A stretch of DNA of 64,000 nucleotides from Candidatus Marinacidobacterales bacterium (GCA_965237955.1 OZ250169.1:6432001-6496000); one strand, 5' to 3'; positions 1-11,974 are shown, counted from the stretch's first letter. The notes: generated by a model not told the origin, from the sequence alone. Program-made: numbers and translations.

Positions 1-1160
<1,160 letters not shown>

Positions 1161-1190
1161 AACAGTCTCCGGAAAACCCGGGGCGGTTCA

Positions 1191-3141
1191 TGTACTGGAT
1201 CCACGTAGTCCCCGGCGAACCCTGATTCGACGGCACTCAGATACTTCTTCGGAAACCATACAGGCTCAATTCCGCGTTCGTACCCCGGATGCAGCAAGAT
1301 GACGAAGTCTGACGCACTCTCGGGGACCTTCCGGGTCTCCCCAGGAACGATGGACGAATCTCTGCGCGCCAGTAGCGCGGTGACAAATCTCGACTCTTCT
1401 ATTTCCGGCAGGCCCATCTTGCGACTCGTGGTGATCGTCGCCACAACGACGCCCACATTGTCTCCGTCGTGCCGCACCCAGGCGGAGATTCCGAACTTGT
1501 ACAGTTCGTCAGCAAGCGATTCGAAAACCTGAGAAATATATGTGCCTGACACACCGCTCAAAATTTTGAGGTAGTTGCGACCACGGAAATCGATGCCTTC
1601 CGTGTCTGGCGACATCTCAGGCCAACGCGCCAGGATTTCCCCGTTACGCTTATCAATAACGAACCAGCTCTCGAATGGAGAAGACGCGTCAAGATCGACA
1701 CGAGTGTTCCCGGTTTCTTCCATGAATGCCTGCAGGGCCGGTCGGTTTCGCTGCACCAGAAGCTCTCCAAGTCGTGGATTCTCGGCAACTCGTGCGACAG
1801 CTTGGCTCAGCTGCTGGAGGCGAATCTCGACGTGTTGGGCCTGTTGCCGAGCCAGCGCGGCCTGTACCCGGCGAGGTTCCTGCAGGCCATCCACCACATC
1901 CAAGGCAACAAACGCCAGCAACGCGACGAGCGGGTAGTGGGGTCTTTTCAAAAGACCCCACTACCGACGAGCGCAGCCGCAAGGCCCAGCCCGACAGGAT
2001 TGCGCCGGCTCCAAAGCCGCAGGCGCTCGGCGAGTTTTGGATGTTTGGCTTCAGTAGGCATGTGGGCCAGCCAGCGATCGAGGTCTTTGGCTAGACCTTC
2101 GGCGGAGCGGTAACGGTCCCGGGGGTTCTTCTCGAGGCACTTCAAGGAAATTGCTTCCAGCGTGCGATCGACGCGGGGATTCACCTCCCGCGGTGACCTC
2201 GGCTTCCCCTGCGGATCGCGCACCTGCCGCAATGTTTCTTCAACCGTGTCTCCCCGAAACGGGGCCTCACCCGTCTGCAACGCATACAAGATCGTCCCGA
2301 GCCCATACACGTCACTCAGTGTCGTCACATCTTTTCCATTCGCCTGTTCAGGCGACATGTAGCTGGCGGTTCCGACGATCCTTCCGTACTCGGTCATGTC
2401 GGACCCTGACTCTGCCGACCAATCGCGCTCTAGGTCTGCGACGTCAATCGGCTTCGCAAGCCCGAAATCGCTGACACATGGGCGGTCGGATTTGTGCTCA
2501 TCGGTGTCCAGCAAGATGTTCGATGGCTTCAAATCACGGTGGAGAATTCGCCGCTGGTGGGCGTGATGAACCGCGCGCGACACGTTCACCATCAGCTCCG
2601 CAGCGGATCGTGGGTCTCCAATGAAACGGTATAGATGCTTCTCCAGGCTCCCCCCTGATATGAACTCCATGCTCAAGAAAGGACGCCCCTTGTAATCTTT
2701 GACGTCGAACACCCGCGCAACATGGGGATGTTTCAGCTGTGCCATGCTCTGGGCTTCGAACCGGAAACGTTCCGCCTCTTCAGCCGTGACCATCTCTCGA
2801 GACTTGCTCATCTTCAGAGCGACCCAGGTCTTTAGCTTCTCATCGTAGGCCTTGAGTACGACCGCCTGTCCGCCCTCGCCAAGAGGTGTGATTCTCGTGT
2901 ATCTTTCGAACTCAGGCAAGGAATGACTGACGGAATCGAATCTTCCCCAAAGAAAATCCTCTTTCTCGAAGTGGCTCTGGAGCTCGGCAGCCAGTTCCGA
3001 ATGATCCGCGACGTACCTTTCCCGGAGAAGTCTTAGTTGGACGGCGTCGGCCTGAACAGTCTCGGCTTCCTCCAGGTAGTCGGCCAGCACCATGCTCGCG
3101 CTGTCTGCGCCGGCAAAAGACTCGTTGAGGGGTTTCTTCAT
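1191..3141 (-). pseudogene. Ser/Thr protein kinase with TM helix and extracytoplasmic Cache-like domain; frameshifted by a 41-bp insertion and truncated by IS3
   Basis: GEGGQA, VALK, HRDLKPSN, DFGLAK, YMSPEQ; removing 1933-1973 joins ORFs 1948-3141 and 1157-1951 through GLGLAAALVALLAFVAL; dCache-like C-terminus (FVIDKRNG..IDFRGRNY..YISQVF). Confidence 0.88.
1933..1965. mobile_element. 33-bp palindromic mini-element or IS footprint with 8-bp target duplication
   Basis: GGTAGTGGGGTCTTTT-C-AAAAGACCCCACTACC flanked by GACGAGCG at 1925-1932 and 1966-1973. Confidence 0.85.
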
Positions 3142-3151
3142 GACGAGGAAG

Positions 3152-3721
3152 CTAGCGCAGCGTCTCCAAATTATGACTTAACGTCTCAAGTCCGCGTCTC
3201 AACAATCCTGCGACGCTGGGTTTGGTGCGCTCCATAAACTTGGCCATCTCCGCCAGCGACCACTCCGCAAGATACCGCAGTTCGACGGCCATTCGTTGAT
3301 CTTCAGGCAGGGCGTTCAGGGCTTCGGCGAGAAGCAACTGCCTCTCGTGCCTGGCCAGCTGCTGGCTCGGTGACGTCTGTGCCTGCACCGGCAGCCTAAG
3401 AATTCGTTCCGCGGACTCATCGATCGTTTCCCGATAAGCCTCTTCCAACGCAGCGTCGCGTTTCTTCCTAAAGAAGCGACGCTGTTCGTCAGCAAGTCTG
3501 TTCGCCAGAATCCGTCGCAGCCACGCGGCGAAGTCTTCGGCAGTCTTGCCTCTAAACTGCCCCCGCGCGACGTGAGCCTTTAGCAAAACATCCTGGACCA
3601 AATCCGAAGCATCAACCTTGTTGCGGACCGGCCCGGCCATCGCCAGCTGAACCCGGGCCAGCCCAATCAAATACGGCCGGTACCGCTCCGGACGAAAATC
3701 GGACACGACTTCGCTCGACAT
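3152..3721 (-). CDS. ECF sigma-70 factor, planctomycete-type, kinase-associated
   Basis: RYRPYL..DASDLVQD..AWLRRIL region 2 and LPEDQR..LRY..SLAEMA region 4; ends 10 bp before the kinase start; ATG at 3721 chosen. Confidence 0.9.
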   Translation of the reverse strand: MSSEVVSDFRPERYRPYLIGLARVQLAMAGPVRNKVDASDLVQDVLLKAHVARGQFRGKTAEDFAAWLRRILANRLADEQRRFFRKKRDAALEEAYRETIDESAERILRLPVQAQTSPSQQLARHERQLLLAEALNALPEDQRMAVELRYLAEWSLAEMAKFMERTKPSVAGLLRRGLETLSHNLETLR

Positions 3722-3953
3722 CGCAGATAGGCAAGGATATAGCGGAACGAGCCGCTGCCCAAGCGTACTGTGAACGGGATTGCTTTGCGCTCTCCGATGG
3801 CGCCGGCGATCCGGTGTAGCGCTGTGACCCATCGGCGGCTCTTCCATCAGCGCGGGTCGAATCCGGCCTTGCGTTTTCTCATCGATATTGCCCCGTCCGC
3901 GGTTCGAACCTCGCTAGATGTCGTCTTTAGAAGTGAAGACGAATGGAGGCCCT

Positions 3954-4478
3954 ATGGAGCCGCAACTCAACATGACTCAAAATCAGAAAGAACTCTACGA
4001 GCGCATTTGCACATTCCGATTCGACGAGGGGGGAACGGCATTCCCGTTTGCCGCGCGTTTGGCGCGGGACAACGGTTGGTCAAGGGGCTACACCGCCCGC
4101 GTCATTACGGAGTACCGGCGGTTTGCATTTTTGGCCGTCGCGGCGGGTCACCCCGTTTCGCCGTCCGATCAGGTCGATCAGGCGTGGCACCTGCACCTGC
4201 TGTACACAAGATCCTATTGGCAGCACTTTTGCGGTGAACTCCTGAACACACTGCTGCATCACGAACCGACACAAGGCGGTTGCCAAGAACGAGACAAGTT
4301 CTACGGGTGGTACGAACGGACATTGGAAAGCTATGGCCGCGTCTTCGGACAGGAACCGCCGGCAGATATCTGGCGGAACGCCGAAGTTCGGTTCGGCGAC
4401 GATATTCACTTCGAAAGAGTAAACACGAAATGCTCTTGGATCATTCCGAAACCATGGGCGAAAGGGGGATCGTCATGA
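3954..4478 (+). CDS. GRDP-like (DUF1399-like) protein
   Basis: RLARDNGWS..EYRRFAFL..PSDQVDQAWHLHLLYT..LHHEP motif; GGAGG RBS. Confidence 0.8.
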   Translation: MEPQLNMTQNQKELYERICTFRFDEGGTAFPFAARLARDNGWSRGYTARVITEYRRFAFLAVAAGHPVSPSDQVDQAWHLHLLYTRSYWQHFCGELLNTLLHHEPTQGGCQERDKFYGWYERTLESYGRVFGQEPPADIWRNAEVRFGDDIHFERVNTKCSWIIPKPWAKGGSS

Positions 4479-5332
4479 TGAATCCGATCACAAGTCTGTC
4501 TGGAGGAGAATTCCTTTTTTTCTTCCTGATCATCAGCGCCGCGACACTGGTGGCGTGCCGCTGGTACGTTCTCTCCACGGACCCTACGAATTCGATGACG
4601 GCACGTGAGGTTCCCCGTGAGGTGGACTCTTATGAGCTAGCGTACATGCATGGCGGAGAGAACGAGCTAACACGTGTGATTGTCGTCGCGCTGGCCGAGC
4701 GCGGCTGTCTGCGGATCACGACCGCGAAGAGCCTTTTTTTCACAAATCCCGAGAGAACAATCAAACAAACGGGCCCCTGTCCGGGAGCGGATGTGTTGTC
4801 TGCCATGGAGCACACCGTTTACGACTGGTTCTCTACGGCCCGAACAGCCGAGGAGGTCTTCGGAGGAGACTTGCCAGCGCAGGTGGGCTCGTACTGTCTC
4901 GACTACGAAGAGAAGCTACAACAGGAGCATCTACTGCGTGATGAGTCCTCTGAGGCTGTTGGCTGGAACGCGCGTCTGCTGGGCGGTGCCGCCATCGTGG
5001 GGATTGGGGGCCTCCGGTTACTCGTCGGTCTCGACCGTGGGGAACCGGTAGGTTTTCTTGCCGGCATGCTCCTCGTTAGCGTCGTGATTCTGATGGCTAT
5101 CTGCTCCTCGCAACGGCTTACTGCTCGGGGTAAGGCCTACATCGAGCAGTTGAAGCTGTCACCGGACACTCTCGAGTACTCCACCGGGACCCGTTACGCG
5201 CTCGCCACAGCTCTTCTTGGCGTTTCGGGTCTGGCCGGAACTCCCTACGAAGAATTCGGGGACATGTTCAAGAAAAGTCAGTCTTCGTCCGCAGGCGGTT
5301 GTGGCGGCGGTTGTGGCGGCGGTTGCGGATAG
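4475..5332 (+). CDS. TIGR04222-domain membrane protein with Gly/Cys tail
   Basis: YELAYMHGG motif, TM helices, RLTARGK, tail GGCGGGCGGGCG; ATGA coupling to the upstream gene. Confidence 0.82.
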   Translation: MMNPITSLSGGEFLFFFLIISAATLVACRWYVLSTDPTNSMTAREVPREVDSYELAYMHGGENELTRVIVVALAERGCLRITTAKSLFFTNPERTIKQTGPCPGADVLSAMEHTVYDWFSTARTAEEVFGGDLPAQVGSYCLDYEEKLQQEHLLRDESSEAVGWNARLLGGAAIVGIGGLRLLVGLDRGEPVGFLAGMLLVSVVILMAICSSQRLTARGKAYIEQLKLSPDTLEYSTGTRYALATALLGVSGLAGTPYEEFGDMFKKSQSSSAGGCGGGCGGGCG

Positions 5333-5364
5333 CCATAGAGTTAACCCTACAGGGAGAATCCAAC

Positions 5365-6825
5365 ATGTCGACAAGAGCGAAAAATCTATTGTCTGTTATC
5401 GGACCGGGGATCCTGGTAGCGGCCACGGGCATTGGAGCCGGCGACCTCGCCACCGCCGCCTTCACCGGCAGCATGCTTGGTATGACCGTTCTCTGGGCTG
5501 TAGTGCTCGGGGCCTTTCTGAAGTTTGTTCTCAACGAAGGTCTCACCCGCTGGCAACTGGCGACAGGAGACACGCTTCTGGAAGGCTGTGTCGCACGCTT
5601 CGGCAGCCCGGTGCAATGGATCTTCCTGTCCTATCTGGTCATCTGGAGTTTTCTGGTCGGAGCGGCATTGATGAGCGCCGTGGGCGTCACCTGCCATGCC
5701 ATCTTCCCACTGTTCGGCGAGGCGAACGTGAATGTGAACAAAATCTTCTACGGCGTTCTACATAGCGCCGTCGCCATTGTCCTGGTCAGAGTCGGTGGCT
5801 ATGGCCTATTCGAAAAAGTCATGAGCGCCTGTATCGGCGTCATGTTCGTCGTGGTCGTGCTTACGGCCATCGCGTTGTCGCCGCCCATCGGAAGCGTGGT
5901 AGCGGGGTTGGTGTGGCCGACCATCCCTACGGGAGGGATGGCGTGGACCGTTGCGTTGATGGGTGGTGTCGGCGGGACACTGACCGTCTTGTGCTACGGG
6001 TATTGGATTCGTGAAGAAGGGCGCCAGGGTGTCGAGGACTTGAAAACGTGTCGCATCGACTTGGCGTCGGCATACGTTATGACCGCGATCTTTGGTTTGG
6101 CCATGGTCGTCATTGGCAGCAGGCTGGGATCGACGGCGGCGGGAGGTGCGACGCTGTTCGTTGATGTCGCCCAACAGCTTGACGTCACACTGGGGCCGAT
6201 GGCCAAATGGGCGTTTCTGCTTGGTGCCTGGGGGGCCGTGTTCAGCAGTCTCCTGGGAGTATGGCAGAGCGTACCGTATCTGTTTGCGGACTTCTGGTTC
6301 CTCACAAAGCGCGCTCGCAGCGAGCAACAGACCTATCGAGTGGATACGAAATCACTGCCCTATCAAGCGTACCTGTTTGGCATTGCCCTGGTTCCCATCA
6401 TTGGTCTGGTCGCAGTGGACTTCAAAACGATGCAGCAGACCTATGCTGTCGTCGGAGCGCTATTCATCCCGATGCTGGCGCTTGTCTTGCTTTGGCTCAA
6501 TGGTCGCACGAAATGGGTGGGCGCTCAATGCAAGAACTCATTTTGGACCTCGCTGGTCCTGATCGCCACGCTGCTCTTTTTCATTCTCGCGGGGTCGCTG
6601 GCGATTCGCAGCAAGCTGTTTACCTCGGCGTCGCCGGTCATGGACCGCCCGCAACCGGCCGCCCTGAAACCGGCCCCGTTAACTCCCGGTTGCGAACGCC
6701 CAGCTCTTGTGGACCATCACGCACTACTCTGCGGTTCACAAGAAGGTGAGGCACGTGGAGATTCAGCCCTTCAAGGGTTTTGGTGCATGGCGACGCCGCG
6801 GGGGCAAGGTCACCTTAGCGTATGA
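5365..6825 (+). CDS. Nramp-superfamily divalent metal transporter
   Basis: GPGILVAATGIGAGDL, KFVLNEG, about 11 TM segments; the last ~65 aa look like read-through into inserted DNA. Confidence 0.85.
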   Translation: MSTRAKNLLSVIGPGILVAATGIGAGDLATAAFTGSMLGMTVLWAVVLGAFLKFVLNEGLTRWQLATGDTLLEGCVARFGSPVQWIFLSYLVIWSFLVGAALMSAVGVTCHAIFPLFGEANVNVNKIFYGVLHSAVAIVLVRVGGYGLFEKVMSACIGVMFVVVVLTAIALSPPIGSVVAGLVWPTIPTGGMAWTVALMGGVGGTLTVLCYGYWIREEGRQGVEDLKTCRIDLASAYVMTAIFGLAMVVIGSRLGSTAAGGATLFVDVAQQLDVTLGPMAKWAFLLGAWGAVFSSLLGVWQSVPYLFADFWFLTKRARSEQQTYRVDTKSLPYQAYLFGIALVPIIGLVAVDFKTMQQTYAVVGALFIPMLALVLLWLNGRTKWVGAQCKNSFWTSLVLIATLLFFILAGSLAIRSKLFTSASPVMDRPQPAALKPAPLTPGCERPALVDHHALLCGSQEGEARGDSALQGFWCMATPRGQGHLSV

Positions 6826-6859
6826 TTGACAGTTCAACCAACCGGAGTCGAAAGCAATC

Positions 6860-7192
6860 ATGCGCTATCCGAAGAGGAGCCAGCACAAGTACACGAAGAA
6901 GCCATACCGCTTGCGGAACTGGCCAGAGTATGAGCAGGCTCTGCGTCGTCGAGGCGACCTGATTCTATGGTTCTCCGAGGAAGCGATCGCGGCGTGGCAT
7001 GCGCCGGCTGAATCGAAGCCAGGCGGCCAGCGGGTCTATTCGGACCTCGCTATCGAGACCGCCTTGACGGTACGCTCCGTCTACCATCTTGCACTGCGTC
7101 AGACGGAGGGTTTCCTCGAGTCTCTATCGGTACGGCTCGGCGAGGAACTGGTCGGGAGGCAACAAGACCTCATCCGTGACCGTGGTGAATAA
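6860..7192 (+). pseudogene. IS5-family (IS903 group) transposase, N-terminal fragment
   Basis: YRLRNWPEYEQALRRRGDL..YSDLAIE..LRQTEGF, then truncated. Confidence 0.85.
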
Positions 7193-7199
7193 CGTTGCT

Positions 7200-7530
7200 C
7201 GATCGCATTCAGACCATACCAGCCTACGTAGGCGAGCGACTGGACCAGTGATACGATGCGGCTATGCGCTCCATGCTCCGATTTCCAGGCGGGAAGATGC
7301 TCCAAATCCCGTAGGATTATGCCGCGTACGAGTAAAAGAAAGTCAACGTTTGGGCAGCAAGTGTCAGCCTACGCGGCATAATCCTGTAGTTCGGCATGAC
7401 GCTGCTACTACAATTTCGTTCGACCGCACGGGCTCTCAAATTCGGACGAGAGACCCGGACGCCGGCGATGCAGGCTGGGCTCGCCCCGCGGCGCTTGAGT
7501 CTCAGGGAGGTATTCGTGCGCACGTCGACA
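7200..7530 (+). pseudogene. Degenerate IS1-like transposase C-terminal remnant
   Basis: Broken frames giving YYNFVRPH and ALKFGRETRTPAMQAGL..LSLREVF; compare YNFCRIH..TPAMEAGL in the transposase at 18188. Confidence 0.6.
7313..7385. mobile_element. MITE-like 73-bp element
   Basis: 16-bp perfect IR AGGATTATGCCGCGTA (7313-7328) / TACGCGGCATAATCCT (7370-7385). Confidence 0.6.
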
Positions 7531-7663
7531 TTATTAATGGAGAGCGCCGCGACGGTGTTCGCCAGCGCACCGAGGCGGCCAACCCACACGAGTATTCAAA
7601 TGCCCTTGGCGGCGTAGCAACAATTGATGGCGTAAGCACCCTGGTGTCTGAGAGAATGGGCCA

Positions 7664-7796
7664 ATGAACAGCAAGTCGCCGAGCTACCACGGCGATCGAT
7701 TTCCACCTGATATCATCAGCCACGCGGTCTGGATCTACCTCCGATTCTGTATGAGCTTTCGAGATGTGGAAGTTCTGCTCGCCCAACGCGGCGTGA
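7664..7796 (+). pseudogene. IS6-family transposase N-terminal stub
   Basis: YHGDRFPPDIISHAVWIYLRFCMSFRDVE.LLAQRGV. Confidence 0.85.
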
Positions 7797-8976
7797 GTCG
7801 AACGGAGACGTTACTCCGCTGGCGCCGGCTTGCTCGCGCAACGTCAACTTGGCAGTACCGTCTCGACCCATGACCGTATTCGGAAAGGCCGCTGCCTGGG
7901 TACTCGCGGTGGCTGTGTTTCCTAGCTCGGTGGCCGCCCAGGATTGGGTGGAGGTTCGGACGCCGCACTTCGTACTTCTCAGCAATACCGACTCCCGACG
8001 CGCCAGAAATGTCGCCCTCGAGTTCGAGCAAGCGCGAGAGCTGTTCCGAGTCGCCATTTCGTCCGACGTGGATACCGCGCTTCCGGTCGTCATCTTCGCG
8101 GTCCGAAACCGAACTGATTTGCGGGCGCTTCTCCCCGGACTCGAGGGCGAGCTTCCTATCGGCGTGTTTCATCGATCACCCGATCAGCACCGCATTGCGG
8201 TACGGCTGGACGAACCGTCAGAGCAACGCTTTCACACGGTCTACCACGAGTACCACCATCTTCTTTTTCGCTCCGCGGTGACGCGCGCGCCAGTTTGGCT
8301 CACGGAAGGGCTCGCCGAGTTCTGGTCGACGATGGAAACGCGACGTGACGGGAGCGTGGAAATCGGACGTCCCAACCCGCGGCACCTTCGAGCGCTTCGG
8401 CTCGGATCGATGATGCCGCTCGATCGGCTGCTGGAGTTCGACGGCCGAATCCACGAGCAACCAGGCGAGCGCATCGCAATCTTCTATGCCCAGTCTTGGG
8501 CCGTCGTCCACTATCTGATGCTCGGCGAAGGGGCCGGCGGTCGGCGGAAGCTCGATCGCTATATCGGGCTCGTCGAGCGTGGCGGCGATCCGGTGGAGGC
8601 GTTCGTGACTGTTTACGGCTCGGTGCGGGCGGTAGAGCGCAAGCTCGCCGAGCAGGTGGACCGCACGATGTTTCCCGCCATGAGGACGGAAGTTCCTCCT
8701 CCGCCCCCGGCGTCCGAATTCCAAATCCGTGAGCTCTCTGACGCGGAAGCGTACGCCGCCATCGGAACGTTCGTGGCCACTGGGCCTTGGCCTCGAGAAG
8801 CGCGTGGCCACTTGGAACGCGCTCTCGCAGACGATCCTGGCTCGACCGCCGCGATGGAGGGAATGGGATATATGAGCCTCCGCGAGGGGGATCTCGAAGC
8901 GGCCGAGGCGTGGTTCGAAAAAGCCGCGGACTCGGACGAGACGAGCTACGTCGCGCGCTATTACCAAGCGGTGCTA

Positions 8977-10160
8977 GTTCCCATGGAACAGAAAAAGCTA
9001 GACAACACTGGCCCTTCTGTGATCTGCTAAATGCATGAAACACAAGGGCCGGCGAAAAGGCGAATTGAAGCTGGCGTCTCAAGAAAGCGAAGCGCTGACG
9101 CGACTGGCGCGACGCAGCCGTAGTTCGCCGCACCAAGCCTTCCGAGCGAAGATCGTGCTGGATTGCGCGGCGGGTCTGACGAATATGGAAGTTGCTAGGA
9201 AGATGCACACCATGAGGAGCACGGTGGGCAAGTGGCGAAGACGCTTTGTAGAACAACGAATGGAAGGGTTGTACGACGAACCTCGGCCGGGAGCGGCTCG
9301 CAAAATCGGCGATGACCAGATCGAGGAAGTCGTGACCAAGACGCTGGAGACGACTCCAAAGGGGAGAACCCATTGGAGTACGCGCTCGATGGCCAAGCAT
9401 CTTGGGCTGAGTCATTCGACGATTGGACGTATTTGGCGAACGTTCGGGCTTCAACCGCACCGCTCGGAATCGTTTCGTCTCTCGCAAGACCCACAACTGG
9501 TCGAAAAAGTACGCGACGTTGTTGGCCTGTATATGAACCCACCGGATAACGCGGTCGTCCTGTGCGTCGACGAGAAATCGCAGATTCAAGCGCTCGAGCG
9601 TGCTCAACCTGTCCTGCCCATGAGCTTGGGCCAGCCCGAGCGACAAACCCACGACTACATTCGGCATGGAACGACTGACCTGTTTGCCGCACTCGACGCC
9701 GCAACAGGTGAAGTCTTCGGAAAGTGCTACGCGCGACATCGAGCGCTAGAGTTCGAGAAGTTCCTCGCTGAGATCGAAGCAGCCGTTCCCAGCGAGTTGG
9801 ACATCCACGTCGTGCTCGACAATCTCGCCACGCACAAGACACCGGCGATCAAACGCTGGCTTTCCAAGCGACCTCGGTTCCACTTTCACTTCACACCGAC
9901 ACACGCCTCTTGGCTCAACTTCGCTGAGCGCTTCTTTGGCTTGCTCACCGAACACGCCTTGCGACGAGGCTCGCACACGAGCGTGCCTCAGCTCCGCGTT
10001 GCGATACAAGACTATCTCGATGCTCACAACGAGAACCCAAAGCCGTTCAAGTGGACGAAATCCGCCGACCAAATCCTCGAAACCATCGCTCGGTTCGCCC
10101 AGCGAACGCTCGATACACATGGCAAATCGAATTTGGACAGTAATTAAAGATCCAGGGGAC
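8977..10160 (+). mobile_element. IS630-family element, copy 1
   Basis: Inserted at CTAG with TA duplication (8975-76 / 10161-62); right end TCCAGGGGAC. Confidence 0.93.
9035..10147 (+). CDS. IS630-family transposase
   Basis: [31 protein letters not shown]. Confidence 0.96.
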   Translation: MKHKGRRKGELKLASQESEALTRLARRSRSSPHQAFRAKIVLDCAAGLTNMEVARKMHTMRSTVGKWRRRFVEQRMEGLYDEPRPGAARKIGDDQIEEVVTKTLETTPKGRTHWSTRSMAKHLGLSHSTIGRIWRTFGLQPHRSESFRLSQDPQLVEKVRDVVGLYMNPPDNAVVLCVDEKSQIQALERAQPVLPMSLGQPERQTHDYIRHGTTDLFAALDAATGEVFGKCYARHRALEFEKFLAEIEAAVPSELDIHVVLDNLATHKTPAIKRWLSKRPRFHFHFTPTHASWLNFAERFFGLLTEHALRRGSHTSVPQLRVAIQDYLDAHNENPKPFKWTKSADQILETIARFAQRTLDTHGKSNLDSN

Positions 10161-10519
10161 TAGTGAAACAGCGCATGGGACCGGACGACAAGGCTGAGAC
10201 CAGCCTCAGGCGCGCGATCGAGCTGAACCCTAACTTCGCTCCCGCCTTAGTGGTGTTGAGCGCGCACCTCGCCGTCGACGTTGAACGTCTCAACGAAGCG
10301 TTGGCGCTCGCGACGAAAGCGACGGACCTCGCCCCGGACGTGAGTGGCACGTGGCGCAACCTCGCCCATGTCCTCGAGCGCATGGGTCGACCGGACGAGG
10401 CACGCCAAGCCATGGAGAGGGGGAGCGACGGTCGGTGAAACTTCTTCACGTCAACGCCCGGCTGGATAGTGGAGGCTCGTCTCGCAGCCCAAACTGATTA
10501 GGTTGAGGCAAGAATGTTG

Positions 10520-10650
10520 TCTCAAGCGGACAAGGCTCTCATAATTTCAATATTCACCTGGACCGCCAGTGGGCTGCGAAGCACACTCGAGAGCATGGCG
10601 ATTCCCAGTTCTGTAAAGGCGTAGGGGCGGTATCGTCGACCGCCGCGGTT
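10520..10650 (-). pseudogene. ORF6N-domain DNA-binding protein fragment
   Basis: Manual minus-strand translation [38 protein letters not shown]. Confidence 0.75.
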
Positions 10651-11220
10651 TCAACGCTCTTCGTGTGCACAATTCACTTCAATTCACTTGCTCCGTCCGC
10701 AAGCTACTCCCCTCGCTCTTCCTGCACCCCGAATGCCATCTTGCTTCACAAAAAGCCGAGGGGAAGGCCGTCACCCGAACACCCTTGGCCCGCCCCGCTT
10801 GCTCCATGCGTATTCCAGCCATCGTGAACGCCGAATCCAGAGCAAGCTGAACAGCGAATCCGGTGAAGCCGAACGCTCATCGAAGCGATGAAGTGTTGGG
10901 TGACCTCCTTCCCACTGATTGAAAACGTGAACCTATCTTACCTGCGTGTTGTGTAGCAAGGGGCGGCAGGTCGGTGCCGGAGGGAGCGGGCGTAAGGAAA
11001 GACGCGAAGCGACCTTCCCGCTCCCGTAGGCAGCGACCTGCCGCGGCCGAACCCCGGGCGATGTGGGGCTGGTTTCGGGGGGTTGCTGGGGTATGGCCTG
11101 GCTCGAGAAGACGCTTCCTGAGGCATTCTCGCGCGTCGTTTTGGCGCCGCATCGTCTGGTACCCCGGGTTTGGCGGTTTCACCCGTTTTTATCGCATCGA
11201 CGCTGTGGTCCCTCGCTCGC

Positions 11221-11974
11221 TCATGCATCGGCGTTGTCAAATGCCTTTGGCGCAGCCTTGGTCTTTCTCAGAGAAGCTCCTTTGAGAGTGATGCGGTGCG
11301 CGCTGTGGAGAATGCGATCGCAGATAGCGTCTGCCTGGTTTGGGTCGCCAATCGCTTCGTGCCACTGCTTGAGCGGAATCTGGGTCGCGATGAGTGTGGA
11401 GCCACGCTCGGCGCGGTCTTCGATGACCTCCATTAGATCCCGTCTCTCCGATTCTTTCAGCGGGTGAAGCAGCTTGGCGAGTTTCGTCAAAAGCCGGACT
11501 TACTGGCTATCGATGATTGGCGTAGGAACCATCACCACGAGCGACCGCGAGCTCGTGGAGCAAGCGCGGTGCTCGCACGTAGCATCCGGTGAAGCCGCGA
11601 CGACAGGCCCGCTCCACGAAGGCGCAAGCCAAGAACGATTTGCCAATCCCCGTCGGGCCGGTGATGAGCAGGTTATGGCGCTCACCGACAAAGCGGCAGT
11701 TGCCCAGGCTCAAGATCTGTTCGCGGTTTAAGCCTCGAGGCGCTTGGAAGTTCACGTTCTCCAAACATGCCGGATAGCGGAGCTTTGCCGCTCGCAGTCG
11801 TCGAGAAAGCTTACGCTGTTCGCGGGCGGTCCACTCGGCATCGACCAGGAGTCCCACACGTTCCTCGAAGCTCAGCTCCTTGTATTCGCTCGAGCTCAAC
11901 TGGGTTTCGAACGCGGACACCAAGCCGAACAACTTCATGGCGTTCATCTTTTCTATCGTTTCGGGTGTCAGCAT
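11221..11974 (-). pseudogene. istB: IstB ATPase with rearranged Walker B, split
   Basis: Walker A GPTGIGKS present; LDLLAIDDW-coding segment inverted and relocated (11496-11521). Confidence 0.9.

Larger units (their letters stand above)
7870..10438 (+). pseudogene. Secreted DUF1570/gluzincin-like TPR protein interrupted by IS630
   Basis: Signal peptide, WVEVRTPHF, HEYHH, WLTEGLAEF, TPRs; excising 8977-10162 restores AVLVKQRMG and the TPR tail. Confidence 0.85.

Noticed and set aside
5293-5329. Gly/Cys repeat as a RiPP precursor or contingency locus
   Set aside because: In-frame tail typical of TIGR04222 proteins, with no adjacent maturase.
6627-6797. GGCGTCGCC / GGCGACGCC inverted pair as element ends
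   Set aside because: Only 9 bp, GC-rich and nearly self-complementary; no duplication seen.
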